A DNA stretch of 64,000 nt from the human T2T-CHM13v2.0 reference genome, Homo sapiens: assembly GCF_009914755.1 (NCBI RefSeq), contig NC_060941.1. The stretch is one strand, 5' to 3'. Under the pieces are notes generated by a model, which saw nothing but the letters and a program-made list of their open reading frames with translations, did no database searches and was not told where the DNA came from. A program made the translations under genes and the position numbers. Positions 1 to 50,050 of the stretch are shown piece after piece (within the stretch, counting starts at the first letter, position 1; the number at the start of each line of letters is the position of its first letter).

Positions 1-411
1 CCCACTGCCTCTATCACCCCTTCCCCCGAGAGGCCTCTCTCATCTCAGCATCTGCCCTTGGAGACTGGGTGGCAGAGGCTAGTTGCTGTGGGCAGACCAC
101 AGCTTCCGAGAATGGAAGGTCGGGAATGGCCCGGAGCAGGGCATCCCAGATGTAGCAATGCTGGGGCGGTGTGTGGTCTGAGGGGTCTTAGCCCAGCCTG
201 GAGGCTCCAGGATCTCTAGCTGTGGAGGGTGGGTAAAGGGAGTGGGGAAACAGAGGCCTTTTGGCAGGGCCTTTCCTGGCACTGAGGGCAGCCCCCAGAA
301 TCTGAGCAGGGCCCAAGGACAGCTTGTGTGGCGTCCCGCAGCCTCCCCCGGCCGGACATCCCAGCTCACTGGGATCCCATTAAACTCCAGCCCGGGCCGC
401 GGATGCACGAG

Positions 412-421
412 CTATAAATAA
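412..421 (+). promoter_or_regulatory. Composite TATA box / MEF2 site (CTATAAATAA), candidate PVALEF proximal promoter
   Basis: TATAAA at 413-418 sits inside a perfect YTA(A/T)4TAR match in otherwise GC-rich sequence, ~1.15 kb upstream of the PVALEF ATG. Strong donors follow at 668 (GTAGGT) and 724 (AAG|GTGAGC). Confidence 0.45.
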
Positions 422-1433
422 ACCAGCAGCCTGGAGCTCCAGGCCTGCCTCCCACCCTGTCTCCAGCCCGGATCTCGGGCTCCCCTGCCTTCGTTGGGGG
501 CACCCCTGAGAGCAGTGGGATTGGGGGTGGTGAACGAGCCCAGCCCAGGGGCACCCCCAGCACTGGGCAGATGGGACATTGGTTCCTGGCTTGGCCACAT
601 TTAGCCTGGAATTCGGCCCAGCCCCTCCTCTGTAAAGGAGGTGACATTGGGCCCGGGGCCCCGAGTGGTAGGTGGGTGTTCCCTCTTCCAAAACAGGTCC
701 CCAAGATGCCAGGGTTGGGGAAGGTGAGCCAGAGTCCCAGCTCTGAATGAAGTGGGGCGGGGCCTGTCCTGAGGGCCTCCGAGGCCCAGTCCTGCCCCAC
801 ATGCCCGCTCACCACCACCCTGCTGGCTGGGGGAATCAGCCACTGCAGGGGCTGTGGGGGCCCAGCTCCAGCCCCACAGCAGCGGGCAAGCCCATTCCCC
901 ACCATCTCCCTTCCCTCCTGGCTCCTCGCACAACCCTGTGAAGGGGCAGGCGTCTCCCCACATCACATGGCAGCTGGAGGCACCGAGGGTTGGGGAGCAG
1001 GACCTGGTCCAGGGGCTGCAACTGGCGCTCCTCACACCTCTGGGGCGCCAGGGTTGGGTTGCAACCCTTGACCTATGGCCTCTCTATCCAGAGGAGAGCA
1101 GAGATGCCTCTGGCCACTGCTCAGCCCCACTCGAGAACACAGGCCGCCCCTCCTGGCAGCAAGAGCGTTCCAGAAGGCTCTACCACCCCGTGAACTTTCA
1201 CGAGGGCCAAGAAGCCCAGGACACCCGCTTCCCCTTGCGCTCTGAGATAGCTGCTGTGCTGAGCCCCAGAACCCAACCCCCCCTGGGGACGGCAACCTGA
1301 GAGCCCAGCAGGTCACAAGGCGCTGCCGTGAGGCGCACAGGATGGCCCGGCCCCTCCCGCTGACCCCTCTGCCTGTGCCCAGACCCCCACCTGCCTGGCT
1401 GGGATCCCAGCATGTCTCGGGGCCCTGGCATGA

Positions 1434-3362
<1,929 letters not shown>

Positions 3363-5379
3363 CACCATGACTAGCCCTGGCCAGCCAAGGGGCTCCCATG
3401 GGGTAACCGGGGTGACCACGCACCTGGGCAGAAGCCGTTGGGGCCGGTAAGAGGCGGCAGCCGTGAGGGTGGACCCAGCTTTTGAAGGAAAATGGAAGAA
3501 AAGCAGCATTAAGTGAATGACGCAGCCTGGTGTGTCTGTTGGGGATGCTGGTATGAACTGGGGTGGGGGCAGCATCAGGGCCATGGGTGACAACGGCTGG
3601 GGGGCAGGGTGGGCGTGTGAGGGTGGGAATGAAGACGTCTTCTCCCATCTCCCAGCCCCACCTGGCTGTGGGCAGCCCCCAAGGGCAACCCTGTAGTGAG
3701 ATTCCATCCGGGTGGGCCTCCGGTCAGCAGGGTGCACAGTGCTCTCTGGGCCCAAACCCCTGAAGGGCCCCTTCCCAATCTGCAATGGACCTGGCCTGAG
3801 GCCACGCACTCCCAGTCCATACCTGAACGCAGTATGGGGACACCTGCAGCCCCTGGGTGCCCCCGGCAGGGGCCTCGTTCCAGGCCAAAGCACCCAGCAG
3901 ACCCTCCACCTCCATCTCTTGCCTGCTCAGGCCCCCGGGCCGGGCCCTTCTATCTCCTGGCTGCGTGTCTCCCTCCATGGTGCTCCTCTCCCCACTTAGT
4001 GCTTCCGGCAGGACCCCAGCCCAGTCCTTGGTCCTCTGTCCCACCCACACTCACCTGCCTGGAACCCCCTCATCTGGTGGCTTAAGGGCCTCCAGCCCCG
4101 GCAGTTCCCAGCCCCCAGGTCCTGTGAGCGGCAGGGGTCTGGGTCCCCTTGGTGCCATTAGTGGGTGTGGGTGTTGCCCTCCAGCTGCTCACTGGCCACA
4201 CAGGACTCCAGGCCCTCTGGGCTGGTGGCACGGAGGGTGTTGGGAGCCTGAGTCCCGGCTCACCCCAGAAGGGAAGACACCCGCCCATCAGGGGAACCCT
4301 TGCTGGACTTACGGGAGTGAGAACACAGCCATTCCAGGGGCGAGTGTGGCAATGTCAGGGTCTATTTGTCGCAGCAGCAAGAGTGAGGCTGATTCACACA
4401 CCATCCTCACAGCCCACCTGCGTGTAACTACAGGCTCCGTCGTGAAATACACACAGAGCCCACTGCCCGCACCACCCTGGCCATGGTCACTCTCGCCTGG
4501 GCAACCACCACAGCCCCCTGGTTGGTCTCTCCACCTCTACCCTCTGAAGGTCCTTCCTCATCTTGGTGTCTGGAGGGCTCTCCCCTCACATAGGGTGACT
4601 CTAGGGGCCTCAGGCACTCTGACTCCCACTTTCCCTCTGACCTGAGACCCCCAGGTCCTGACCCTCCTGATGCAGCCACGTGGCCCCCTTGCCTCCTCAG
4701 CCAGGCGCCACCTTGCCCTGGGGCCTTTGCACCTCCAGCCCTCAGCCTGGCATGCTCTTCCCTAGACATCCGGCTGCAAGACAGACTCTCTCTTCTTCGA
4801 TGTTTTCTGCAAATGTCGAATCCCAATGAGGTCGTCTTTACCTGCCCTGTTTGATATTTCACTCACCCTCGCCAACATCCTGCGTCCCCCTAGACCAGGT
4901 CTTTTCCCCAAAGCATTCCCCATCCCCTAATATGCTATGACATTGGCGTATGCACGCGTTTATTATGAGCAAACAAAGCAGGGGTGCTAAGATCCAGAGC
5001 AGGGGAGCTCTGAGAGGTGAGTGCAGGCGGTACAGGCTGCCCCATCGGGCGTCTGCCAGTCAGCAGTGGGACTGAGAGGGCGCCGGGCGGCCTCCTGCTG
5101 TCCAGGGCCTGTCCGGGAGGAGGGGCTTTGGCTACAGCTGCTATGGGCTACCCAGTGGGAGTAAGAACAGCAGAGAACCCGACCCGACCTCACCAACTGG
5201 AGGCTGCCCTCACCGTCAGTGCAGAGCCCAGAGCTCAGCCCCTCCCCTCCCCGTCAGCCACAGCCACAGTGAGCCCACCGGACAGGGGGTTGGCAAAAGT
5301 CAGTCCCAGGGCCAGATCCAGCCCAACACCGGCCAAACCTGGTTTTGGACTATCTGGGGCAGCTTTCGCGCTGTGCTCA

Positions 5380-5532
<153 letters not shown>

Positions 5533-5539
5533 GAACGCA

Positions 5540-5940
5540 CATTATTTTTAAATATGTAAAGCATTTACCAAAATTGTCCAAATGCTGGGACCTAAAGTGA
5601 GACTCAGTCAAGTCAAAGGACTGAAATATTATGGAACATTCTCTGACCATAGAGAAGCTAAGTTAGAAATTTAAAAGATAAAAAAAGCAGCACAGTTCTA
5701 AACAGCCTATGGTTCAAAGGGACCATCCTGCAAATTTGGAAATGTTTCCCACCAAAGAAGAATGAAAATACAACACGTCAACTTGTGGCTGCCGCTCAAA
5801 CGGTGCCTTGAGGGAAACTCACAGTCTTAGACGCACAGACTCCAAAGGAAAAGGGCCTGGGAATCAATGATCTAAGCATCCTTCCCAAGAAGTTAGGAAA
5901 AGAACAAAAAAGGAAGCTCGCAGGAGGGGACAGAAATAAA
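5540..5940 (+). mobile_element. Degenerate LINE-1 ORF2 fragment
   Basis: A-rich, with L1-like strings (ttctctgacca...agttagaaat, aatgaaaatacaaca, aatcaatgatctaagc...aagaagttag). Confidence 0.65.
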
Positions 5941-6828
5941 GGTGGGCATTGTGAAATGTTAAGTTTCCTGCTTTCTGTCCGTCTACCCTGCTGGAACATA
6001 AACCCCTCGAGGGCTGGGTGTGGTAACAGGCACCTCTAGTCCCAGCTACTTGGGAGGCTGAGGCAGGAGAATTGCCGTACCCCAAATTCTAGGCCTGGCA
6101 TCGACAGCACGTGGACTTAGATGATTTGGTTGATGCTGTGAACTGTCTCAAAGAAGCAGGCTCTGCCAGGGAGAGAATGGAGCCCATGAGGGCGGCGAGC
6201 CAGGTGGGGTGGAATGAACCCCGGGCAGAGTCCATCTGTGCTTCTAGGGTCTGGCCCCCGCCCCGAAGCCCTCCCCCCACCCCCAACTGCCCATCAACCT
6301 AGACAGGGAAGTGAACTAGCTGGGGGGAAGGGAGCCCAGCTTTCTCAATGGTAAGACTCGGGGTGCCCCCCACCGTGACTCAGAGACCCCTCCAAGCCCC
6401 TGAGGACCTCCACAGTGTCTTGCTGGGTGAAGCCCACCTCTGTGTTGCTGTCTGTTGGGCACTAGAACTACCTGGAGCAGAAGCAGCGGGAAGGCTCAGG
6501 GCAACAGGTTTGACCTGGGGCCTTTCCCGGAAGGCTGGGGCCTAATAGCTGCCCCTGGAGCATAGAGCCGCCCCCTTCCCACCCCACTCCCAGCCTCCCG
6601 CACTCCACTCCCCACAGGGAGGAGAAACGCCATCTCAGCCCCCTTCCCCAGGCACCCCTGTCCAGGTGAAGCCGCCTGGCAGACAGGCCCTCCCCTCAAT
6701 GTTCCAGCCTCTCAGGGACACCTTTCTCATCAGCACAACACGTGAGGCCACGTGACTGGAGGGCAGCAGAGACAGGAATGATACGCAGCCCCAGTCTCTT
6801 CATCTAAAATTTGAATTAAAACCCAACA

Positions 6829-7425
<597 letters not shown>

Positions 7426-9704
7426 TTAAAATTAAAACAACAACGAGAAACAAAATCCAAGAGATGCAACGATCCAGAGGCGGCCCCAAATGCAAAAGGC
7501 CCTCCACACGTCCTTGTGAGCCAACAAATGAAGGACTCAGGAATGAAGGAGAAATGAACGAGCAAATGAAAAACCCATCAAGCAGGGGCTGGGAAGCCGG
7601 GGATGCCCCCAGCTGAAGGCCACACCCGTTTCTCACTCCTTTTCTGGCCATGAGTGTCCCAGGCCTCTTCTCACCATCTCTGTGGAGGTCACCCTGTGTG
7701 TCCTGCCGGAGACCTTGTAAACATACTTAGTTTAGTAATTCGCAGCCATTTCAATGATAAAAATACCTTTTCTGCGGCCAGGGCACCCGAATGTGAGCCA
7801 GAACAGAAAGCTTGCTTTCCCCGCAGAAAGCTTGGCCCTGCACTGCTCCTGGGAGCCGGTTCCTGGGGGCTTCAGCTGCGGTGACGGAGGTGTGGGGCTC
7901 AGGACTTGAGATCCACAGGCCCCCGTTCTCAGAGCCCGCCTGGCCAGCTGAGCTCACATTTGGGTGAAGCTCTGGAGTTAAAGCCCAGCTGAGTGACTCA
8001 GCTCTCAGCACCCTGCAGCCAGTGTCACCATCGTCCCTGGGGGCCACTGCCCCCACACAGGCTTTGGTGAGGCCTCCGGAGCTTTGTCCTCAGCATGGGG
8101 CCTGGCCAACAGCAACTCATCATAAGGGACACGGCTGTCATCCTCGGCTCCTCTCTGCAGCCTCACCAAGAGGTGCCTGGGTCTCACCCTGGCCCGGGAG
8201 CAGGCCCTGGGAGTGGGGTGGCCCCTGAGCTGAGCCTGAGTGCCCAAGACAAGCAGGGCTCACAGTGACCTAGGGGATGGCAGAAGCCGCCCCTCCCACC
8301 CCCTAGGCTCTGTCCCTGCTGTGCGTTTCACCTTCACACAGGCCTGGCCCTGTCTGCAAAAGGGGGAAGGCCCAGCAGTGGTTCTGCGTGACCAACCACG
8401 ACCCCGGGGACCCGCACTGCCCTGTCCTGTGCTCTGGATACCGAGCCCAGTGCCACACACGGCTCCAGGCCGAGCCTCCAGCTCTGATTCCAACATCCGG
8501 ATGCCCACCTTTGGGCCTCCCGCCACGCCCCAGGTCCACAAGCATGATTTGCACACAGTCCCCTGAAGCCACATTGCCTGGGCCCTGTCCCTGTTAGGGG
8601 CGTTTTCCTAGTTCACCCCTGAGGTCCTCAGCTCCTCCTGGCTTGGGCTCCCCGAGGCCTGGACCTGGGAACCTGGGGGGTGGTGAGCGAGAGGGACCCA
8701 CTGCCCTGCACCCCCTGCCGGGTGGGGGACCCACACCAGATGCAGGACAAGGCCCATCTCACTCACATCCCTGGTCACCGAAGCCCGCAAGGGGACCAGG
8801 GACGATGCCACCTGGAAGGATAAAGACGTAAGGACCAGGACATGCCTTGTGTCCAGGGCAGTGACTTGGCCAGCAGGATGGCGCTGGGCACGAGGACCTA
8901 AGCCTGGCCAGCCCCTCCTGGGGGAAAGCAAGCCTCAGGCAGGGTGTTGGAGCAGGCCTGGGTAGCCAGCAGCACCTCTGTTCCACAGGGGGCTTCCCAG
9001 GACCCCAGGCAGCTGCTGCGGCCAGGGAGGTCCTAGCCATGCTGCAGGTAGGAAGACAGGCTCGGGGGCGATGGGTCTACCCGGTGCAGACGCCGGGACA
9101 CTGTGGTGTGGCAGCCTGAGCGACCCCAAAGCCCGGTCCCAGGATAGTGCGGCCTGCTTGGAGACCCTTGTCTGCCACCAAGCGTTCAGGCGCGGCTTTG
9201 GACCTCCCATCCCAGTGAGATGGCATCCAACACTCACTTCCTGGTCAGTGTAGACGGAGGTGGAGGGAGGGCTGCCCCCCTGAGGATTTGGGGCAGGTTC
9301 TGAACTGACCAGGCCAAGCTGACCTGGGCTGAGAACCAGGCTGGGTGTGAAGAGATGCTCTGGGCCAGTGGTACCCTCTCCTGCCTGGGACCTTCCCCAG
9401 TGCCCCCATCCTCATGGGTGGGCCCTGTCCATCCCCATTTCTTGAGAGCTCCAGACTGTCACACCTTGACAGCGGGGAGGGTAGGGCTTCCTGTCCCTCT
9501 GGAGTCTCTCCAGCCATAGGAGCACGCTGGCAGCCATGGGCTTCCAGCACCTGCAGGGCCACGGCGGGGCCCTCGGAGCTCCTCCCAGGGGGTGAGTTCT
9601 GCTGAGTTCCTCCTGCGCCTGGCCAGGAACGGGGTAGGGAATTCCCTGTGCTTGGGACTTCCAGGGTCCAGGGCAAGGCAGGGAACAGGAACTTGGGGGT
9701 TGGG

Positions 9705-9802
9705 TTGAATGCTGGGGAGCTGAGGGCTGAGTGCAGGGGGGCTGCTGGCTGAGTGCTGGGGGCTGCTGGCTGAGTGTTGAGGGCTGCTAGCTGGGGGGCT
9801 GA
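9705..9802. repeat. ~21-bp degenerate minisatellite (gctggctgagtgctggggg)
   Basis: 3-4 visible tandem copies just downstream of the CEP131 3' end. Confidence 0.7.
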
Positions 9803-9964
9803 TGGCCAAGCTTCGTGATTTCCTGGTCAGCCTGCTCAGGCTGCGGAGGGGAGTGGGAGGAAGAGAGCCAAACCCACGCCTGGCTGCTCTGGGGGTCTTG
9901 GGCAGCCTCTAGCCCAGGAGAGAAGACAAGGCAGTCACTCAAGGCGCTGAAAACAACGGCCTCC

Positions 9965-9970
9965 TTTACT
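9965..9970 (-). terminator. Variant poly(A) signal AGTAAA of CEP131
   Basis: TTTACT on + strand, ~150 nt past the stop codon; no AATAAA nearby on the - strand. Confidence 0.6.
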
Positions 9971-10119
9971 GTTAAAATGCAGCCACAGGTGCTTAGCCGT
10001 GGGCATCTCAACCACCAGCCTCTGTGGGGGGCAGGTGGGCGTCCCTGTGGGCCTCTGGGCCCACGTCCAGCCTCTGTCCTCTGCCTTCCGTTCTTCGACA
10101 GTGTTCCCGGCATCCCTGG

Positions 10120-41181
<31,062 letters not shown>

Positions 41182-41597
41182 GGTGGACAAGGCAGGTCCT
41201 GAGCGGGGAAGCAAGAGCTGCAATGAGATGCCGTGGGGGAACTACAGTCCCCTGCACCCACCATCTCCAGCCCAGCCTCAGCTGGGTCCACTGGCCACCA
41301 AACTTCCTGGGAAGGCCTGTCACAACCTATGCACCCCTCTGGCTGGTGGCAGGCTCCTCGACAGGAACATGAGGGAGCTGTTCTGAGCCCAATGTCAGTG
41401 TATGCCAGGGCAGGAGGGCCCTGGATGATGGACAGGTGGGTGGCGAGGGCAAGGCCCGTGGGTGGGAATAAGCCAGCAGCACCCCAGAGGGAGCCTGGGC
41501 CACAGGCCATTGTCGATGTGAGCCAGGTTCTGCCATCTACCCCACACCGTGATTCTGAGAAAGTCACTGCCCCGAGCCCCACTGTTTTCTTCTGTAA

Positions 41598-42320
<723 letters not shown>

Positions 42321-43649
42321 TCAAGGCTGCACCGGGCAAACACTCCCTGGGTAATGTGTTATTCCAGCAGGGGACGGGGGTTCTGACGATCGATCGAGGG
42401 GATTAGCTTGGGGATGCTGGCTTCCTTACTTTGGAACTTCTCAGAGCAAACCCTGCCGGCCCCCAGCCCGTCCCCACATGGCACCTCTTTCTGAACGAGT
42501 CTTTCTGATCTTTCTGAACGGGTCTCAGCTCGTGCATGTGCCCCTGCCAAAAACCCTGCAACAGCTTCCTAGGCACAGAGAATAAAGTCTACACATCCAA
42601 CTCCTGCAAGATCTGGCCCTGTACTCTCTGTGACCTCGCCAGCTCCCCTGCTGTGCCCCTTTGTTGTGGCTTTAGCCAACACAGCCTCCCTGGTTCTCCT
42701 CAAACTCAGCCAGCTTGGCCCCGGCCAGTCCCCTGCCTCTAGGTCTCAGGACACTCCCTCCCTGCACTCAGAGGCCTTCCTTGAGCACCCATCACTCTTC
42801 ACTCCCCATCCGGCTCGGACTCCCTTCCTGTGGCCGCACACAGTTGGTTTATGAATTGTGTGGCTCCTGAGCAACCCCAGCACCTGCAGGGAAAGGCACT
42901 CAGCTGAACCCGTAGATGAACGGGAGAAGCTGGCGCCAGGGACCAACCTCGAGAATTACCTCCCTGCCACGGTGGCCTCCAGTAGGCCAGCAGGCACCCA
43001 GCCTATCGCCCAAGGTCACCCTGGGCTTCCTTCAGCCCGGCACCCCACAGCAGGTCCCCCAAGGTCCCTTCCACGGAGCGATGGATACCCCTACTCCCTA
43101 GAGGCTGACCCTGCCACTGACCAGGTCCCAGTCCTCAGTAATGCACTTCCGGCTGTGCGGAAGAAACTTAACACCCTCCTCCTGCAGGGCACTGTCCACC
43201 CCTGGCTGGACCCATGCAAGCCCTTGGAGCCCAGGACTCTGCTCTCCCAGCCACACTTGCAAGCGGCTCTGGGATGGCGAACGGGGCCTCTCCATGGAAA
43301 CCTCCAAGCCAGAAGAAGGGAGGCCTGGGAGGCCACTACATCTTGGATAAAACTGTGTCCCTCCCAGGACCTGAAGGGGCGGGGACTGATGACCAGCGCC
43401 AGGACCTGGTTCCCAGGGTGGGCTGACCCTGACCCTGACCCTGGACAGAGAGGCCAGAGCCCACGCGCAGAGCAGAGCCCTCCACTTGTCCTCAGGGCAG
43501 CTCCCATCTCCCCATTTTCCCCAGGGCTTAAGGCAGCCGGGCCAGAGATGCCGGGACTGGACTCCATGTTGTCCTGGGGACCGGAGGGGAGTGGAGGGAG
43601 GTGGAGAGGGTGGAGGGGATGGAGGTGGGGACCCACACCCTCAGGCACG

Positions 43650-44760
43650 AGCCTGTCTTCACCTGCGCGGGCCCCGGACCTCCCTCACCTGTGCGCACCC
43701 TGGATCCCCCTCACTTCCCCCGGATCCCGCCTTCAATTGCGCGGGCACCAGATCCCCCCACTCACCTGTGCGTGCCCCGGATCCCCATCACTTCATCACT
43801 GGACCAGGGCCTCCCACCTGCGCGGGCTCCGGACCCCTCCAACCTCCGTGCGCCCTGCAACCCCCTCCCTTGCCCGGGCCCCCCTCACCTGCGCGGGCCG
43901 GGGGCGCAGCCGCGAAGCCTGCCTGGCGCGCGGGGCCTGCAGATTCGGCCGGCGGGGAGGGGATGCGGAACCAGTCGCGCCCAAACCTCGGGTCGGCGAC
44001 CTGGCGCCCCGCCACCCCCAACACTGCCCCGAGGCCCGGTGACAATGAAGCGGCCGGACGGCCGGGGTGAGCAGCGGCGGCAGCTAGCAACCAGCCTGGC
44101 ACCACCTCCCCAGCCCGTCACGCCGGCCCGCCTTTCCTGCGCGCGCCGACTCCGGATTGGCCCTTCACGCTCCCGCTCAGGCCGTCCCGGGAGCTCATTG
44201 GGCCGCTCGGCTGTCCTTCGGGAAGTTCAAGCGTGGGAGGAGCGGCGGATGGCTGAGGGACGCGACTACAGAGAGCGGCCGATTGGACGCGGCTGGAAAG
44301 GGGCGGGTCATATAGGGGGCGGGGGACCGAGGGCGGCGGGAGGAGCTGGCCGGGCAGGGGCGGGGCCCCAGCGGTTGTGGGCGGGGCGTGAGGTGGGGGT
44401 GTGATGGGCGAGTAGGGCGAGGCAGATGTGGGCGGGGCAAGGCAGGTGTGGGCGGGGCACGCAGGGCCTGGGGAGGAGACACCAGGGAGGGCGCGAGGAG
44501 CACGCGGCCTCGGCTCGGCTCCCCGACACCCCCAGGCCGCCGCACTCCCGCGACCCGGGGCTCCCCCAGTGTCCTAGGCCGCTCTGTCCCCACCCACGTG
44601 CGCGACTCCCCTCGTTACTCAGTACGACTGCGAGGGCGTGTGGGCGCCTTGCTAACCTCCCTGACCTCCTTCCCTTCGCGCTGCTTTGTTGTTTTTTTTC
44701 CTTCTCCAAAGTTTTAACGCTGCGCCCCGTGCGTAGCCGCTCTGTGACTCCCCCTCTCTC
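43650..44760. promoter_or_regulatory. CpG-island promoter of CEP131
   Basis: High CpG density. CCAAT boxes on the - strand (ATTGG at 44156, 44198, 44282), multiple GGGCGG boxes, GACTACA motif at ~44264, and an RFX-like CTAGCAAC at 44084. Confidence 0.85.
43889..44100 (-). other. CEP131: CEP131 non-coding exon 1 (5' end approximate); splices to the exon-2 acceptor at 41198
   Basis: CAG|GTGAGG donor at 43889/43888 inside a CpG island; exon 2 has a 17-nt UTR after an AG at 41200-41199. Confidence 0.7.
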
Positions 44761-45364
44761 CGGGAGCCCTGGGGATTCCGCCCAGGTCCTCTCCAGGGAA
44801 GCCATCCTTCCCCTAAAAGTCACAGCACACTGGTCTCCCCTGCCCCCGCTTTTTAAAAAGTCCAGTGCTCTGTAAAATAAAAAGTTTGGTTTCAGTAAAA
44901 TCCACATTTTTTGGTGTGCAGTGGAGTTGTGTAACTTTAGTTACAGAACATTCTCCCTCCGGATCCCGTACCTGCTGACTGCTGGTGGCGGCTGCTCAGT
45001 TCTCTCTGTTCTCCATCCCTAGAGGCAGCCTTTTCCAGAATGTCACACAAAAGGGATGTCGCGCAGCGCGCCTGTGGGTCTGGCTTCTACCACTTCGCAT
45101 TTTGAGATTCATGCTGGTTCCTCTTTATTGCTGAGTGGTATCCTGTAACCGGTGTGAACCACCGGTTCAGATGGTTTTATTTATTGATGGTTTTATTCAT
45201 CAAATGAAGGACGCAGAGATTGTTCCTGGTGCTTGGCAATTATGAATGACGCTGCCATAAACATTCACTCATCGGCTTCTGTGTGGACACAACTTTTCAT
45301 TTCTCTTGTGTAAATACCCAGGAGTGGGGTTGCTGGATCAAATGATTGTTTATAAGAAACTGCC

Positions 45365-46599
<1,235 letters not shown>

Positions 46600-47707
46600 T
46601 AGAGTCAATCCTGAAATCAGGTTTTGAGTCCTTTGTTCTTCTTTCTCCAAATTACCTAGGCTATCCAAATTCTTTTGACTTTTCCTATAAATTTGAGTTT
46701 CAGCTTGTCACTATCTTAAAAAATATCCAGCTGTGATTTTGATGGGGATTACATTAAATCTGTAGACCTGTAACCTGGAAGAATTGACACCAGAATTTAT
46801 GAACATGGTATATCTCTCCACTTATTTAGATCTTCATTGATTTCTTTCATCAGTACTTTGAAGTTTTCAGCATACACATCCTACATATATCTTTCTAATT
46901 TATACCTAATCATTTCATTTTTGGAGTGCCATTACAGATGGTAGTTTTTTATGGTTTAATTTCCAATTGTTTATTGCTATTACAAAAGTGTAACTGATGT
47001 TAGTATATTTACCCTGGAGCCTGTGTCTTTGCTAAACTCACTTCTTAGTCTTAGGAAGTTTTTGGTAGATTTCACGGGATTTTCTACAATCCTGTTTTCT
47101 GTGAATAGTATGTTTTATTTCTTCCTTTCTAATGTGTCTGGCTTTCTAGTTTTTTCTTGCTTTATCGAACTGGCCAGGGCTTCAGTGTAATGCTGAACAG
47201 AAATGGTTAGCATGCACACCATGGCCTTCTTTCCAATCATAGGGGAAAAGCATTCAGTCCTTCAGCATTAAGTATGATGTCAGCTGAGGGGTTTTTGCAG
47301 AAACCCCTTGCCACCCAAAAGATCTCTTACATTTCTAATTTGTCAGATTTGGGAGGGTTTTTGGGTCATGAGTGAATGTTGAATTTGTTTCTTGTTTTTT
47401 CTGCATAAAATGATCATGTGATTTTTCTTTACTGTTAATATGATGGATTGAATTACACTGATTTTCATAGGTTGAAACAGCCTTGCATTCCTGGGATATA
47501 TTCCACTTATAGTGATGTATTACACTTTTTATATATTACTGGATTCATTTTGTTGTTTTCTTGAGGAATTTTGCATCTATATTCCAGAAGGATATTGATC
47601 TCTAGTTTTCTAGACCAAGTGTACATGGAACATCCACCAAGATAAACTATATTCTTGGCCATAAAACAAACTTTAACAAAAGTTTGAAATCCTTAACAAA
47701 AGTGTGA

Positions 47708-49075
<1,368 letters not shown>

Positions 49076-49417
49076 ATAAAGGACTACTACAAAAAACGGA
49101 ATCACAAATTCAGCAACTGATATAAAATGGACCAATCCCCTGAAGACACAAACTGCTGAAATTAGAAATAGATAACCCAAATAGTCTATTATTTATTGAA
49201 GAAACTGAATTTCATAGTTTAAAACCTTGCCATTAAGAAGGTGAACTGCAAGGACAGTGCCAGTGGGAAGTTCTACCAAACGTTTCAGGAACACCGCCTG
49301 TCCCTCCTTTGAGGAAAGCAGTCCTCTGTGTGTGCCCCTTATTGATGGTATTTTCATTAAAATGCACATACACAAAAAAAGAAAAATAAGCGGCCCAGGT
49401 TCATGTAAACAGTAGTG

Positions 49418-49423
49418 TTTATT
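49418..49423 (-). terminator. AATAAA poly(A) signal of TEPSIN
   Basis: TTTATT on the + strand, ~630 nt after the TEPSIN stop. Confidence 0.7.
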
Positions 49424-50050
49424 CAGAAAGCATAAACCCCAGCGCTCTTGGAAGGTTTTTCTGAGATGGACCAGAGGCTCCAATCAGAGGCTTCGTGTGT
49501 AGGAAGCAATTACAGCCTAAAGGAGCAGGTGAGAGCCAGGGAAGGATCACGTAGGGATCTGAGACTTGAAATGGCCTCAGGCCAGACAGCACAAGGCAGC
49601 CCGGACAAGACACCCTCAACCCACATGCACCAAACCCAGCCTCAGCACCTACCCCACCCCGATGGGACGGGGGAGCAGTGGCTTGTTGCTGCTCATGACC
49701 TCCTGGGGAAGGAGGGAGCTGAGATCAAAATGAAATAAGGAACCTGGTAGTCGCTTCCGCATTCATACAAGAAACCTCATGTCTGAGGGCAAGACAGGCA
49801 GGGACTGCCCCCTGAGAGCCCTGAGATCGACATTTCTGAAGCCCTGCCACCTGCCATCCCTCGTAGGGATTCAAGTCCAAATAGCCAGAGCCTCTGGCAG
49901 AGGAGATGGGGGAAACTGAGGTAGCCCTAGGGTCGTCCTCTCAAGTCAAGCTGCCTGGAGACTGTAGCAGCTACGGTTGAGGCTGCTCAGGAAGCACAGA
50001 CCGCCCCAGACAGCAGCTGAAGCTGAAGACTCCAGGGCCAGGCCATCGGG

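Noticed and set aside
42858-44404. 394-aa and 267-aa + strand ORFs over the CEP131 promoter
   Set aside because: Non-ATG starts, GC-driven stop avoidance, low-complexity P/G/R content and no recognisable domain.
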